Source: Candidatus Bathyarchaeia archaeon
Lineage (GTDB): Archaea > Thermoproteota > Bathyarchaeia > Bathyarchaeales > Bathycorpusculaceae
Length of the DNA stretch: 17,365 nt
Direction of reading: 5' to 3'
Assembly (NCBI GenBank): GCA_049970895.1
Contig: JBMFMB010000022.1
Coordinates: 1-17,365, forward strand
Each line of letters opens with the position of its first letter. The stretch's first letter is position 1. Position numbers and translations under genes: made by a program. The notes below the pieces were generated by a model. It made no database searches. It was not told the origin of the DNA and was given only the letters and a program-made list of their open reading frames with translations. This document shows positions 7,557 to 16,076 of the stretch, in pieces.

Positions 7557-8626
7557 GGCTTAGGGACCGCGACGCAATAATAACGAGGGAAGGACTAATT
7601 TTCCGAGTTTTTGGCTACACCCACCCACCAGAAGCCTATATATGTGATGCTGAGTACGCGCCATCCAACCTTTTCAAATCCTCAAACCCAAAAGCCTACA
7701 GAACAGACGGAGAAAAAGTCTTTTATAAGTTTTATGAGGATGAGGGCTGGCGCTTTATCGAGGCAAATTTTCCACAATACATGATTCTCTACGAGCCTAT
7801 TGGCAGAAAAGTTGTCGGCGTAAGGCACTCTGATGTGGCAGGTGTCAGAAAGCCAGAGGAAGCCCTAAAGGGGCTACTTGAAAAGGAACCAAAAGACGAG
7901 CTTTTAAAAGCTTTTCAAATAGTTTTCGATGCGACTGTTGCATGTTCTGGCTTGTCAATGGAGGATTTCGGCGTTTTTGGTTCACTTCTCCAAGGCTTTT
8001 ACCATCCAAAATTCTCTGACATAGACATAATTGTTTATGGTGGAAGAAATTTGGAGCAGATACGCGAAATTCTCCAGGAACTTTACATGGATAAAGGTTC
8101 AGGGTTTTCCAACGAGTTTGAGGACGACTCGCCCATTAGGGGGAAAGCTTGGCACTTCAAAAACATGAGCCCAAAAGAGTTTATATGGCACCAGAAACGC
8201 AAAATCATCTACGGCGTTTTTCATGACGAAGCCTCTAAAAGGGATATTAAAGTTGAGTTTGAGCCAGTGAAGGGCTGGAGCGAAATAAGCAACGAATACA
8301 GTCAGATTAAAAGGATAACCCGTGAAGGCTGGATTAAGGCTTACCTTCGCATAAAGGATGATTTAGAGGCGCCCTTCATGCCTTCAAATTATCATGTTGA
8401 AGTCGTCAAAATTGTTGAAGGTTTAAGGGTTGAGGACTTGAGGAGGGTTGTCTCATATCTTGAGGAGTTTAGGATGCAAGCATGGAAAGGCGAAACAGTT
8501 TATGCGGAAGGAAACCTTGAAAAGGTTGAAACAAAAAACGGCGAAAGCTTCCACCAAATAACATTAACCTATGGACCACGCTATTACGAGCAAGTTTTGA
8601 AGGTTGCGGAGCCAAAAGCCAGTTAA
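7544..8626 (+). CDS. Predicted nucleotidyltransferase (COG1665-like), paralog 2
   Basis: DRDAIITREGLIFRVFGYTHP; GVFGS...SDIDIIVYG; VYAEGNLEKV. Alignment to paralogs 1 and 3 points to a start at TTG 7544, overlapping the end of paralog 1, rather than 7409. Confidence 0.8.
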   Translation: MASLRLRDRDAIITREGLIFRVFGYTHPPEAYICDAEYAPSNLFKSSNPKAYRTDGEKVFYKFYEDEGWRFIEANFPQYMILYEPIGRKVVGVRHSDVAGVRKPEEALKGLLEKEPKDELLKAFQIVFDATVACSGLSMEDFGVFGSLLQGFYHPKFSDIDIIVYGGRNLEQIREILQELYMDKGSGFSNEFEDDSPIRGKAWHFKNMSPKEFIWHQKRKIIYGVFHDEASKRDIKVEFEPVKGWSEISNEYSQIKRITREGWIKAYLRIKDDLEAPFMPSNYHVEVVKIVEGLRVEDLRRVVSYLEEFRMQAWKGETVYAEGNLEKVETKNGESFHQITLTYGPRYYEQVLKVAEPKAS

Positions 8627-9648
8627 CGCTTTAGAATCATGTAGTCTGTTGGCTTGTTTCCAAGAAGTAGCCTAAAATACTCCCCGCCACTTCTATGGTC
8701 TGCCACGTGCTCAATTTTTCCCTGCGCCACAACCGTCTCACCTTTCCTCGCTTGTTCGCAGAATCTTCCACGGAAGGAGGTTATCTCCCTTATTGGCTCC
8801 AATTTCGGTCCTTCAACAATTTTCACGTCTTCAATTTTGTATGTGCATGGCGTGAAGATGGCTTCAGAATCATCAACAACAACCGCTTCAACTTTCGCAT
8901 AGCCACAATTCCTATAATGGACATCACCATAATTTTCGCTTACTTCGTCATAATCCTTCACAAAACGTATGAAATAATCCCTATCCATAAACTTGCCCTG
9001 AAAAACCTTCCTAAATTCGATTTTCACGAAGTCTTCGAAGCTCATAAAGGTGTCTTTCGAACGGAATGCGAAAAGTCTCCTCAAATCCGCCAAACCGTAA
9101 GGCTTAAAGGGCGTGTTGCCTTCCTTCAACAGTCTCTTTAAGGCTGAATGCACCTTATGGCAGTTTTCAACACCATAAACAACTGGGTCAATGTCCGAAA
9201 CCACCGTGTGCAAGCCCACCAAAACAGAGCCAGAAACTCCAAGACTGTTCCAAGGCACATCTGCCTCTTCCTTCAAAATCTTTAGGCATTGTAAAGCCGC
9301 CCTTTCCAAACCGTCAAGTTTTCCGTCTTTCCTCTTCCTTCGAAGCCTTTTCAAACCCTCAAGTGGACTGTAAACTTTCTTGATATTTTCTAATGGAACT
9401 TCGCAAAGCTTCTCGTCAAAAACCTGGTCGTGAACAATATAATTTGGAATGGCGCTTTCAAGAAAAGCAAACCTCTCAGAAAAGCCGTAAACCTTAACGT
9501 ACTTGACGCCTTTACGAATGCGAAAACCATTCTGGTCTGGAATAAAACGGGGAAAGGCTATTATCCTGTCTGGCGGGTGAACTAGCCCCTTAACGTCAAA
9601 GATTACGCCTTCAACAGACTCTAGCAAATATCCTTCTACTGGCCGCAT
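8623..9648 (-). CDS. Predicted nucleotidyltransferase (COG1665-like), paralog 3
   Basis: EGYLLESVEGVIFDVKGLVHPP; GVSGS...SDIDPVVYG; VVAQGKIEHV. Its stop shares TTAA 8623-8626 with convergent paralog 2. Confidence 0.8.
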   Translation of the reverse strand: MRPVEGYLLESVEGVIFDVKGLVHPPDRIIAFPRFIPDQNGFRIRKGVKYVKVYGFSERFAFLESAIPNYIVHDQVFDEKLCEVPLENIKKVYSPLEGLKRLRRKRKDGKLDGLERAALQCLKILKEEADVPWNSLGVSGSVLVGLHTVVSDIDPVVYGVENCHKVHSALKRLLKEGNTPFKPYGLADLRRLFAFRSKDTFMSFEDFVKIEFRKVFQGKFMDRDYFIRFVKDYDEVSENYGDVHYRNCGYAKVEAVVVDDSEAIFTPCTYKIEDVKIVEGPKLEPIREITSFRGRFCEQARKGETVVAQGKIEHVADHRSGGEYFRLLLGNKPTDYMILKR

Positions 9649-9671
9649 TTTTCTTATTTCGGCTTATTGAT

Positions 9672-10478
9672 TTATGTTTCCTCTATTATAGACTTTTCAG
9701 CTATAATCCACTCCGTGTTCTTTAGCGCTCTGATCAGTGGAACTGCGATTACTGTTGCGAATATAGCTTGAACAAGCCTTATAGCAGGGTAAATGAATGG
9801 GCTTACAAGAAAGTAAAAGCGGACAGCTTCTAAGGGGAGACCAAAGATGAATTCATAAACTACCGGTATGGCGAAAGCGTTGCATCCCCACATATTGTCC
9901 GCTTGGTTTCCAATAAAAGTCAGCAGGAAAAACAGTATGGGCATTCCTTTTGGGTTAGAGAGGCGTCTAGCAAATTTCGCGGTTGGATAAATTAGAAGAA
10001 GTGCAATCACTTTGTCCCAAAGCACAGCGACTGGCACGTGATAAATGGGTATCGTATAGGCGTTACCTGGATTGAATGGATCGAATATTTGGCTGTATCC
10101 CGTTATCGGTTGTGATGGCGGCGAAAAAAGAAAAGCCAAAATTAGTACCCCAAAAGCAATGAAAGCCCGCCGCCACTTTCTGTAAAAAATTAAGCCAACA
10201 ACTAAGGCGTTTATTGGAGGCGATAACAAGAAAGGGGCTCCGTAAGGGCTCATGCCTCCGGGAGGCAAAACCCATGATAAAAATGCCCCGAGAAATGCGG
10301 CGAAAGCACCTAGGTATGGACCTAAAATCAACCCGAAATCTGATGCGATTAACGCTTCGAGTTTTATTTTTAAGTCTGGGAGTCCTACCGCGGGAATGTA
10401 TGGCGTTATTATGGATAGGACGTAGTAAAGCGAGGCGAAAACCGCTACTAATGCTAGGTGACGCGTTAAAATTTTCAT
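9672..10478 (-). CDS. ECF-type transporter substrate-specific (S) component
   Basis: Multi-TM protein with LALVAVFASLYYVLS, the S-component-like GLILGPYLGAFAAFLG motif, and a C-terminal RLVQAIFATVIAVPL. Ends 23 bp before paralog 3. Confidence 0.75.
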   Translation of the reverse strand: MKILTRHLALVAVFASLYYVLSIITPYIPAVGLPDLKIKLEALIASDFGLILGPYLGAFAAFLGAFLSWVLPPGGMSPYGAPFLLSPPINALVVGLIFYRKWRRAFIAFGVLILAFLFSPPSQPITGYSQIFDPFNPGNAYTIPIYHVPVAVLWDKVIALLLIYPTAKFARRLSNPKGMPILFFLLTFIGNQADNMWGCNAFAIPVVYEFIFGLPLEAVRFYFLVSPFIYPAIRLVQAIFATVIAVPLIRALKNTEWIIAEKSIIEET

Positions 10479-10511
10479 GGAATAGACATCCTATGTACTC
10501 TTGGTAATCGC

Positions 10512-10529
10512 TGTGTAATTTTTTACACA
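10512..10529. promoter_or_regulatory. Palindromic putative operator in the divergent S-component/citG promoter region
   Basis: TGTGTAA-tttt-TTACACA, a perfect 7-4-7 inverted repeat just upstream of TATA-like TTAATAA. Confidence 0.5.
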
Positions 10530-10571
10530 ACGTTAATAAGCTTTTCCGCGCAGATTTTACTGTAAGGTGCA

Positions 10572-11528
10572 ATGTTAATGGCTTTGGCTTTCAACAAGGC
10601 TGAGCATGTTTCACGGTGCTTGGAGCTGGCCATTCTTTTGGAGGTTAGCGCCGACAAGCCTGGAAACGTCAACTTGGTTGTTGGTTTTGAGGGCACAAAT
10701 TACATGCATTTTTTGGCTTCTGCTGTAGCTGCTGCTCCCCATTTTAAGCTGGCTGCTGAGAGGGGTGTAGCTGCTGCGAAAGGTGAAATAGGCTTAGAAG
10801 ACATTGGTGTTGGAAGGATTATCCGCGACTGTATAGCCGACATAAACGCTTGGCAGAGTGGCGGAAACACCCTACTCGGCACAATAATACTCTTTACGCC
10901 TTTGGCTGTCGCTGCTGGCATGACAAAGGATGAAAAGGGGATTTTCAACCTTTCCGTTTTGAGGCAGAATCTGAAAAAGGTTGTTGAGGCGACAACACCA
11001 GAAGACGCGGTTGCAGTTTACGAGGCTATCGGGATTGCCAAGCCCAGCGGTTTGGGAAAAGCTCCCGACCTAGACGTTAACGACCCAAGCTCTGTGAAAC
11101 GCATAGTTGAGGAGAGGATTTCGCTATATCAAGTTTTTAAAATAGCCGCCTCCTATGATATGATTTGCTCAGAATGGGTTAACAATTACCAAGTAACCTT
11201 CGAATACGCCTACCCGATGCTGGTGCAAAACCTTAAAGAAGACGGAGACCTAAACACGGCAATAATCCACACTTTCCTTGCTGTTTTGGCTAAGCATCCA
11301 GACACTTTCATCGCAAGAAAAGTTGGACTTGAAAGGGCTCGCGAAGTCTCAGCTGTAGCAGAAAAAGTCCTGAAAAGCGGTGGTCTTAGGACAGCTACTG
11401 GAAGGGAAAAACTCAGAGAGTTTGACGCCATGCTTAGGAAGGAGGGTAACCTCCTCAATCCTGGAACAACGGCAGACATTATTGCCGCTGCTCTTGCATT
11501 GGCTGTTTTGGGCGGCTACAGACCATAA
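10572..11528 (+). CDS. citG: CitG/MdcB-family protein (triphosphoribosyl-dephospho-CoA synthase-like, archaeal type)
   Basis: LEVSADKPGNV, NTLLGTIILF, PDTFIARK and NPGTTADIIAA are characteristic CitG motifs. The start may be ATG 10578 (SD AGGTG 10565-10569). Confidence 0.88.
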   Translation: MLMALAFNKAEHVSRCLELAILLEVSADKPGNVNLVVGFEGTNYMHFLASAVAAAPHFKLAAERGVAAAKGEIGLEDIGVGRIIRDCIADINAWQSGGNTLLGTIILFTPLAVAAGMTKDEKGIFNLSVLRQNLKKVVEATTPEDAVAVYEAIGIAKPSGLGKAPDLDVNDPSSVKRIVEERISLYQVFKIAASYDMICSEWVNNYQVTFEYAYPMLVQNLKEDGDLNTAIIHTFLAVLAKHPDTFIARKVGLERAREVSAVAEKVLKSGGLRTATGREKLREFDAMLRKEGNLLNPGTTADIIAAALALAVLGGYRP

Positions 11529-11661
11529 AACAGAAAACTATAGGGGGATAGGCTGCTATTGGCTTTTCAGCCTCTAAAAGGGATAAATTAATTAGGATTA
11601 AAATTTCTGTATGTAGCTTTCAAGGGATGTTGAGCGTTTAATTGGCAAGTGTTGAGGTTGA

Positions 11662-12072
11662 ATGATGGAAGAGAAGCCTAAGCTGAAAGTCACCTTGCTG
11701 ACAGGGCGCACAATAGAGCAGGGCGCCGGGAAAGAGCGGGGCAAATCCTCAAAAGAGTATGTGGAAAGCGTCTCAGTCTGTTTTATGGACCCAGAAGATA
11801 TGAAGAAGCTAGGCGTAAAGGATGGAACAAACGTTCAGGTTTCAACGGCTTTCGGCTCAGTGGTGGTTAAAGCCAAAAAATCTTTGAGGGCACCACACCA
11901 AGGCGTAATATTCATCCCATATGGTCTTTGGGCAAACGTTGTTGTAGATCCTGAAACCCACGGAATTGGTATGCCATCCCTCAAGGGGATTCCAGCCACT
12001 GTGGAGCCAGCCTCAGACAAGCCTGTTCTAGGCTTAGAGGAACTCCTAAAAACAGTTTTTAGGAAGGGTTAA
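11662..12072 (+). CDS. fwdD: Formylmethanofuran dehydrogenase subunit D
   Basis: LLTGRTIEQG, FIPYGLWANVVV and GMPSLKGIPA; molybdopterin dinucleotide-binding domain; first gene of DBAC. Confidence 0.93.
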   Translation: MMEEKPKLKVTLLTGRTIEQGAGKERGKSSKEYVESVSVCFMDPEDMKKLGVKDGTNVQVSTAFGSVVVKAKKSLRAPHQGVIFIPYGLWANVVVDPETHGIGMPSLKGIPATVEPASDKPVLGLEELLKTVFRKG

Positions 12073-13538
12073 TGATGCCAGTTGTCAAAGCCGTGACGTG
12101 TCCAGTTTGTGGAAGCCTATGCGACGACATAGAACTAACCATTGAAGATGGGCGCATTGTTAAGGTTAAGAATGGCTGTGCCATGTGTGAAGCCAAGTTT
12201 TTGGGCTACTGCGGCGAACACCGCGTTTTAAAGCCTATGATAAGGAAGAATGGCGAGCTTGTCAAAACAACCCTTAAAGAGGCTATTAGAAGGGCTGCTG
12301 AAATTTTGGCTGAAGCCAACTATCCAGTTCTTTACGGCTGGAGCAGCACAAGCTGCGAAGCCATAAGCGTTGGCATAGAACTAGCAGAAGAGGTTGGCGG
12401 AGTAATAGACAATACGTCGGTGGTCTGCCACGGACCATCAATTCTAAGCATCCAAGACGTTGGAATTCCATCATGCACTCTGGGGCAAATTAGGCATAGA
12501 GCCGACCTAATCGTTTATTGGGGAAGCAACCCATGGAGCGCCCATCCAAGGCACATAGAACGCTACACAGCCTTCTCGGAAGGAAGGTTTGAGAAAAGCG
12601 CATGGAGAAGCTACGTGAACAAGGTTAAGGCTTTGGTTGGAAGGAAAAAGGTTCAAAGCGCCATTAAAAGGCTATTCTTCAAAAAGCCACCGCCAGCCCC
12701 GCCACCTGTCTCCGAGTATAAGCCCTACCCATCTATAGCAAAGGAAGGGAGAAAACTTATAGTGATTGATGTTAGGCGAACAAAGTCGGCTGAAATTGCA
12801 GACTATTTCGTGCAGGTCGAGCCAAACAAGGACTATGAGCTTCTTCAGGCTTTTAGGGCTTTGATACGCGACCAAGAGCTTGAAGTTGACAAGGTGGCTG
12901 GAGTCGCAGTAGAGTATTTGGAGGAGGTTGCAGATGCCATGGTAAGCTGTGACTTCGGCGCATTGTTTTTTGGGCTTGGCTTAACTATGAGCAGCGGCAA
13001 ACTCCGAAACGTCGACGCCGCACTTTCACTGGTGCGGGACCTAAACATGCGCACAAAGTTTGTCATAATGCCCATGCGGGGACACTTCAACGTGACTGGC
13101 GCTAATACGGTTTTCACTTGGCAGACGGGCTACCCCTATGCTGTTGATTTTTCGCTTGGCTATCCAAGATACAATCCTGGCGAGACATCTGTTGTTGATG
13201 TTTTGCTGCGGAAGGAGTCAGACGCCGCCCTAATAGTGGCTTCAGACCCGGTTTCAAACTTCCCTCGTAAGGCGGCTGAACACTTAGTGGAAAACCCATT
13301 AGTTGTTATTGACCCCCACATGAATGTGACAGCCCAAATGGCTGACGTGCTCATCCCATCAGCTTTTGTTGGCATAGAGGCTTCTGGAACAGCCTACAGA
13401 ATGGACCACGTGCCAATACCACTAAAAAAAGTTGTTGACCCGCCCAGAGGGATACTCCCAGACGAGGAGATTCTTAGGCGAATCCTAGCCGAAGTTAGGA
13501 AAATAAAAAAGAGTGAAGCAAAGAAGGAGGAAGCCTAA
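12072..13538 (+). CDS. fwdB: Formylmethanofuran dehydrogenase subunit B (Mo/W-pterin subunit, Cys ligand)
   Basis: CPVCGSLCDD...C [4Fe-4S] motif, VCHGP metal ligand, AHPRH, PMRGHFNV, GTAYRMD. Confidence 0.96.
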   Translation: MMPVVKAVTCPVCGSLCDDIELTIEDGRIVKVKNGCAMCEAKFLGYCGEHRVLKPMIRKNGELVKTTLKEAIRRAAEILAEANYPVLYGWSSTSCEAISVGIELAEEVGGVIDNTSVVCHGPSILSIQDVGIPSCTLGQIRHRADLIVYWGSNPWSAHPRHIERYTAFSEGRFEKSAWRSYVNKVKALVGRKKVQSAIKRLFFKKPPPAPPPVSEYKPYPSIAKEGRKLIVIDVRRTKSAEIADYFVQVEPNKDYELLQAFRALIRDQELEVDKVAGVAVEYLEEVADAMVSCDFGALFFGLGLTMSSGKLRNVDAALSLVRDLNMRTKFVIMPMRGHFNVTGANTVFTWQTGYPYAVDFSLGYPRYNPGETSVVDVLLRKESDAALIVASDPVSNFPRKAAEHLVENPLVVIDPHMNVTAQMADVLIPSAFVGIEASGTAYRMDHVPIPLKKVVDPPRGILPDEEILRRILAEVRKIKKSEAKKEEA

Positions 13539-15229
13539 TGGAACTCCTAATTAGGAACGGCTTTGTCTACGACCCAATTAACGGGATTAACGGAGAGAAG
13601 ATGGATATAGCCGTCAAAGATGGCAAGATAGTTGAGAAGGTCAACGAGCGCCGTGCCAAGAAGATAGACGCCACAGGAATGGTTGTCATGCCCGGCGGGG
13701 TTGATATCCACAGCCACATAGCAGGAGGCAAAGTGAACTCCGGTAGGCTTCTGCGTCCAGAAGACCACTATAAGGATTTTGAACGTAAAACAGCAGTGAC
13801 AAGGTCTGGTGTGGGCTATTCCATCCCATCCACTTTTACAACCGGCTATCGTTATGCGAGGATGGGTTGGACAACAGTTATGGACCCTGCCATGCCGCCC
13901 TTGGAGGCTAAGCACACGCATGAAGAGTTAAGCGACACTCCTATAATTGATAAAGCTAGTTATCCGCTTCTCGGCGACTGGTGGTTTGTCCTAGAATACT
14001 TGGGGGACGGCAGAGTAGAGGAGTGCGCCCGCCACGTGGCATGGATGATTAAGGCGACTAAGGGCTATGCCATAAAGCTTGTAAACCCAGGCGGGCTTGA
14101 GGCTTGGGGCTTCGGGCGTAATGTAAGAAATCTAGACGACCAAGTCCCATACTTTGGAATTACACCCCGCGAAATCATCCGAGGACTATGCAAGGTTAAT
14201 AAGCTCCTAAACCTGCCTCACACGATTCATGTGCACACCAACAATTTGGGGAAACCCGGCAATTACATTACAGCCCTAGAAACAATGAGGTGTGTCGAGG
14301 ATTTAGCCCAAGACGACAAGCCAGTAATTCACATAACACATTGCCAGTTCAGCGCCTTTAAGGGCGACGACTGGAGAACCCTCGAGTCTGGGGCTGAAGA
14401 AATAGCCAACTACGTTAATGCGCATTCTCACGTGACCATGGATATGGGGCAGGTGATATTCACGGACACAACAACAATGACGGCTGACGGACCCTTCCAG
14501 TACATACTCTACACCTTAAGCGGAAACAAGTGGGTAAACCATGACGTGGAAACAGAAACCAGCGCTGGCATAGTGCCCTTCCACTACAAAAGGAAGAGCT
14601 ATGTGCACGCAACCCAATGGTCTATTGGGCTGGAACTAGCCCTACTAATCAAGGACCCGTGGAAAATCTTGATGACCACGGACCATCCGAACGGCGGACC
14701 ATTTATTGCTTATCCGAGGATTGTGGCTTGGCTCATGAGCAGAAAAGCAAGAGAAGCCACGCTTAAGAAGATTAATCCGAAAGCGAGGAGCAGAAGCCTT
14801 CTCCCAACAATAGATCGTGAATTGGGCTTTTATGAAATAGCTATAGTGACGAGGGCTGGACAAGCCAAAGCCTTAGGACTTAAAAATAAGGGGCACCTGG
14901 GTGTTGGCGCGGACGCTGACATAGCCATATACAATTTCAACCCTGAAACAATGGACCCATCGAAGAAGTATAAGGCTGTTAGGAGGGCTTTCAAGAGGGC
15001 AGCCTACACCATTAAAGGCGGGCAAGTGGTGGCTAAGGACGGCGAAGTCCTAAAGCATATTGAAGGGGCAACCATGTGGTTGAATGTGCAAACCAGCGAG
15101 GAGGCGAAAATAACAGAGGAAATGAAAAAACGGTTTAAGGAGTATTGGACCGTTGAGTTTGAGAATTACCCCGTAAGTGAGGATTATTTGGCAATTTCCC
15201 AACCCATAACCGTGAAGGCTGATGTGTAA
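13538..15229 (+). CDS. fwdA: Formylmethanofuran dehydrogenase subunit A (amidohydrolase)
   Basis: DIHSHIAG, IKLVNPGG, HVHTNNLG, HITHCQF, TTMTADGP, TTDHPNGGPF; 563 aa. Confidence 0.97.
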   Translation: MELLIRNGFVYDPINGINGEKMDIAVKDGKIVEKVNERRAKKIDATGMVVMPGGVDIHSHIAGGKVNSGRLLRPEDHYKDFERKTAVTRSGVGYSIPSTFTTGYRYARMGWTTVMDPAMPPLEAKHTHEELSDTPIIDKASYPLLGDWWFVLEYLGDGRVEECARHVAWMIKATKGYAIKLVNPGGLEAWGFGRNVRNLDDQVPYFGITPREIIRGLCKVNKLLNLPHTIHVHTNNLGKPGNYITALETMRCVEDLAQDDKPVIHITHCQFSAFKGDDWRTLESGAEEIANYVNAHSHVTMDMGQVIFTDTTTMTADGPFQYILYTLSGNKWVNHDVETETSAGIVPFHYKRKSYVHATQWSIGLELALLIKDPWKILMTTDHPNGGPFIAYPRIVAWLMSRKAREATLKKINPKARSRSLLPTIDRELGFYEIAIVTRAGQAKALGLKNKGHLGVGADADIAIYNFNPETMDPSKKYKAVRRAFKRAAYTIKGGQVVAKDGEVLKHIEGATMWLNVQTSEEAKITEEMKKRFKEYWTVEFENYPVSEDYLAISQPITVKADV

Positions 15230-16056
15230 TGATTGTGAACCTATACCCCGTAAAAGAGTTTAGACTGCCAATAATTGCTGAATGCATAAACCCAGACATC
15301 TTCCAAGACAAAAAACTTAGGGAAATTGAAAAGCTGGAGGTTTGGGAAGGGAACAAACGGAAAAGCCTCGGAGAACTCTTTAAGGTCGAAGTGGCAGAGG
15401 CAGAAGGCACTCCGGAAGCCACTGTCATAGCTATTCATGGCGATGTGAGCCGTGTTAGGCGGATAGGCGCCGGAATGAGAAGCGGCGAAATCATAGTTAA
15501 GGGGGATGCTGGCATGCACTTGGGCGAAGAAATGCGGGGCGGAAAAATAACAGTATACGGCAACGTGTTGGGCTGGGCTGGTTCCATGATGAGGGGCGGA
15601 ACAATAGAAATTCACGGGAATGCTGGCGACTATTTGGGTGCTCCATACCGTGGAAGCACAGAAGGCATGAATGGTGGAAAAATAATTGTGCATGGAAATA
15701 TTGGAAATGAAGCCGGAGCCCACATGAGGAAAGGCTTGATAAAAGTTTATGGAAACGCTGGACAGTTTGTAGGCTTCAGGATGCACGGCGGAACAATTTA
15801 TGTGCAGAAAAACTGTGGCGGAAGGGCTGGAGCATGCATGACGGATGGAACAATAGTTGTTGGAGGCTTCTTGGAGTCTGTCCTCCCAACATTCACAATT
15901 GAGGGCATGCGAAAGAAGGTTAAAATTGAGGAGGGCGAAGTTGTTGATGCACCCTTCTATCTTTTCCTCGGAGACTTAACAGAAAACGGTAAGGGAAGGC
16001 TTTACGTGGCTAAGGAGCCCAACCCCCACCTAAGCCACTATGAAAAGCTTCTCTAA
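15229..16056 (+). CDS. fwdC: Formylmethanofuran dehydrogenase subunit C
   Basis: AECINPD, LGELFKV and repeated GxxMxGGxIxVxGN beta-helix units. Confidence 0.96.
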   Translation: MIVNLYPVKEFRLPIIAECINPDIFQDKKLREIEKLEVWEGNKRKSLGELFKVEVAEAEGTPEATVIAIHGDVSRVRRIGAGMRSGEIIVKGDAGMHLGEEMRGGKITVYGNVLGWAGSMMRGGTIEIHGNAGDYLGAPYRGSTEGMNGGKIIVHGNIGNEAGAHMRKGLIKVYGNAGQFVGFRMHGGTIYVQKNCGGRAGACMTDGTIVVGGFLESVLPTFTIEGMRKKVKIEEGEVVDAPFYLFLGDLTENGKGRLYVAKEPNPHLSHYEKLL

Positions 16057-16076
16057 AAATAGTGGAGAGTAAGCCG

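Noticed and set aside
6519-9648. NTases as defence or toxin-antitoxin components (CBASS, MNT-HEPN, AbiE)
   Set aside because: No HEPN, effector, nuclease or mobility genes are adjacent, and the context is cofactor and C1 metabolism. Not formally excluded.
12420-12440. Possible selenocysteine at the FwdB metal ligand
   Set aside because: The codon is TGC (Cys) in VCHGP, and the ORF has no in-frame TGA.
15450-15870. Repetitive GGA/GGC-rich periodic DNA
   Set aside because: Explained by the normal FwdC GxxMxGG beta-helix repeats.
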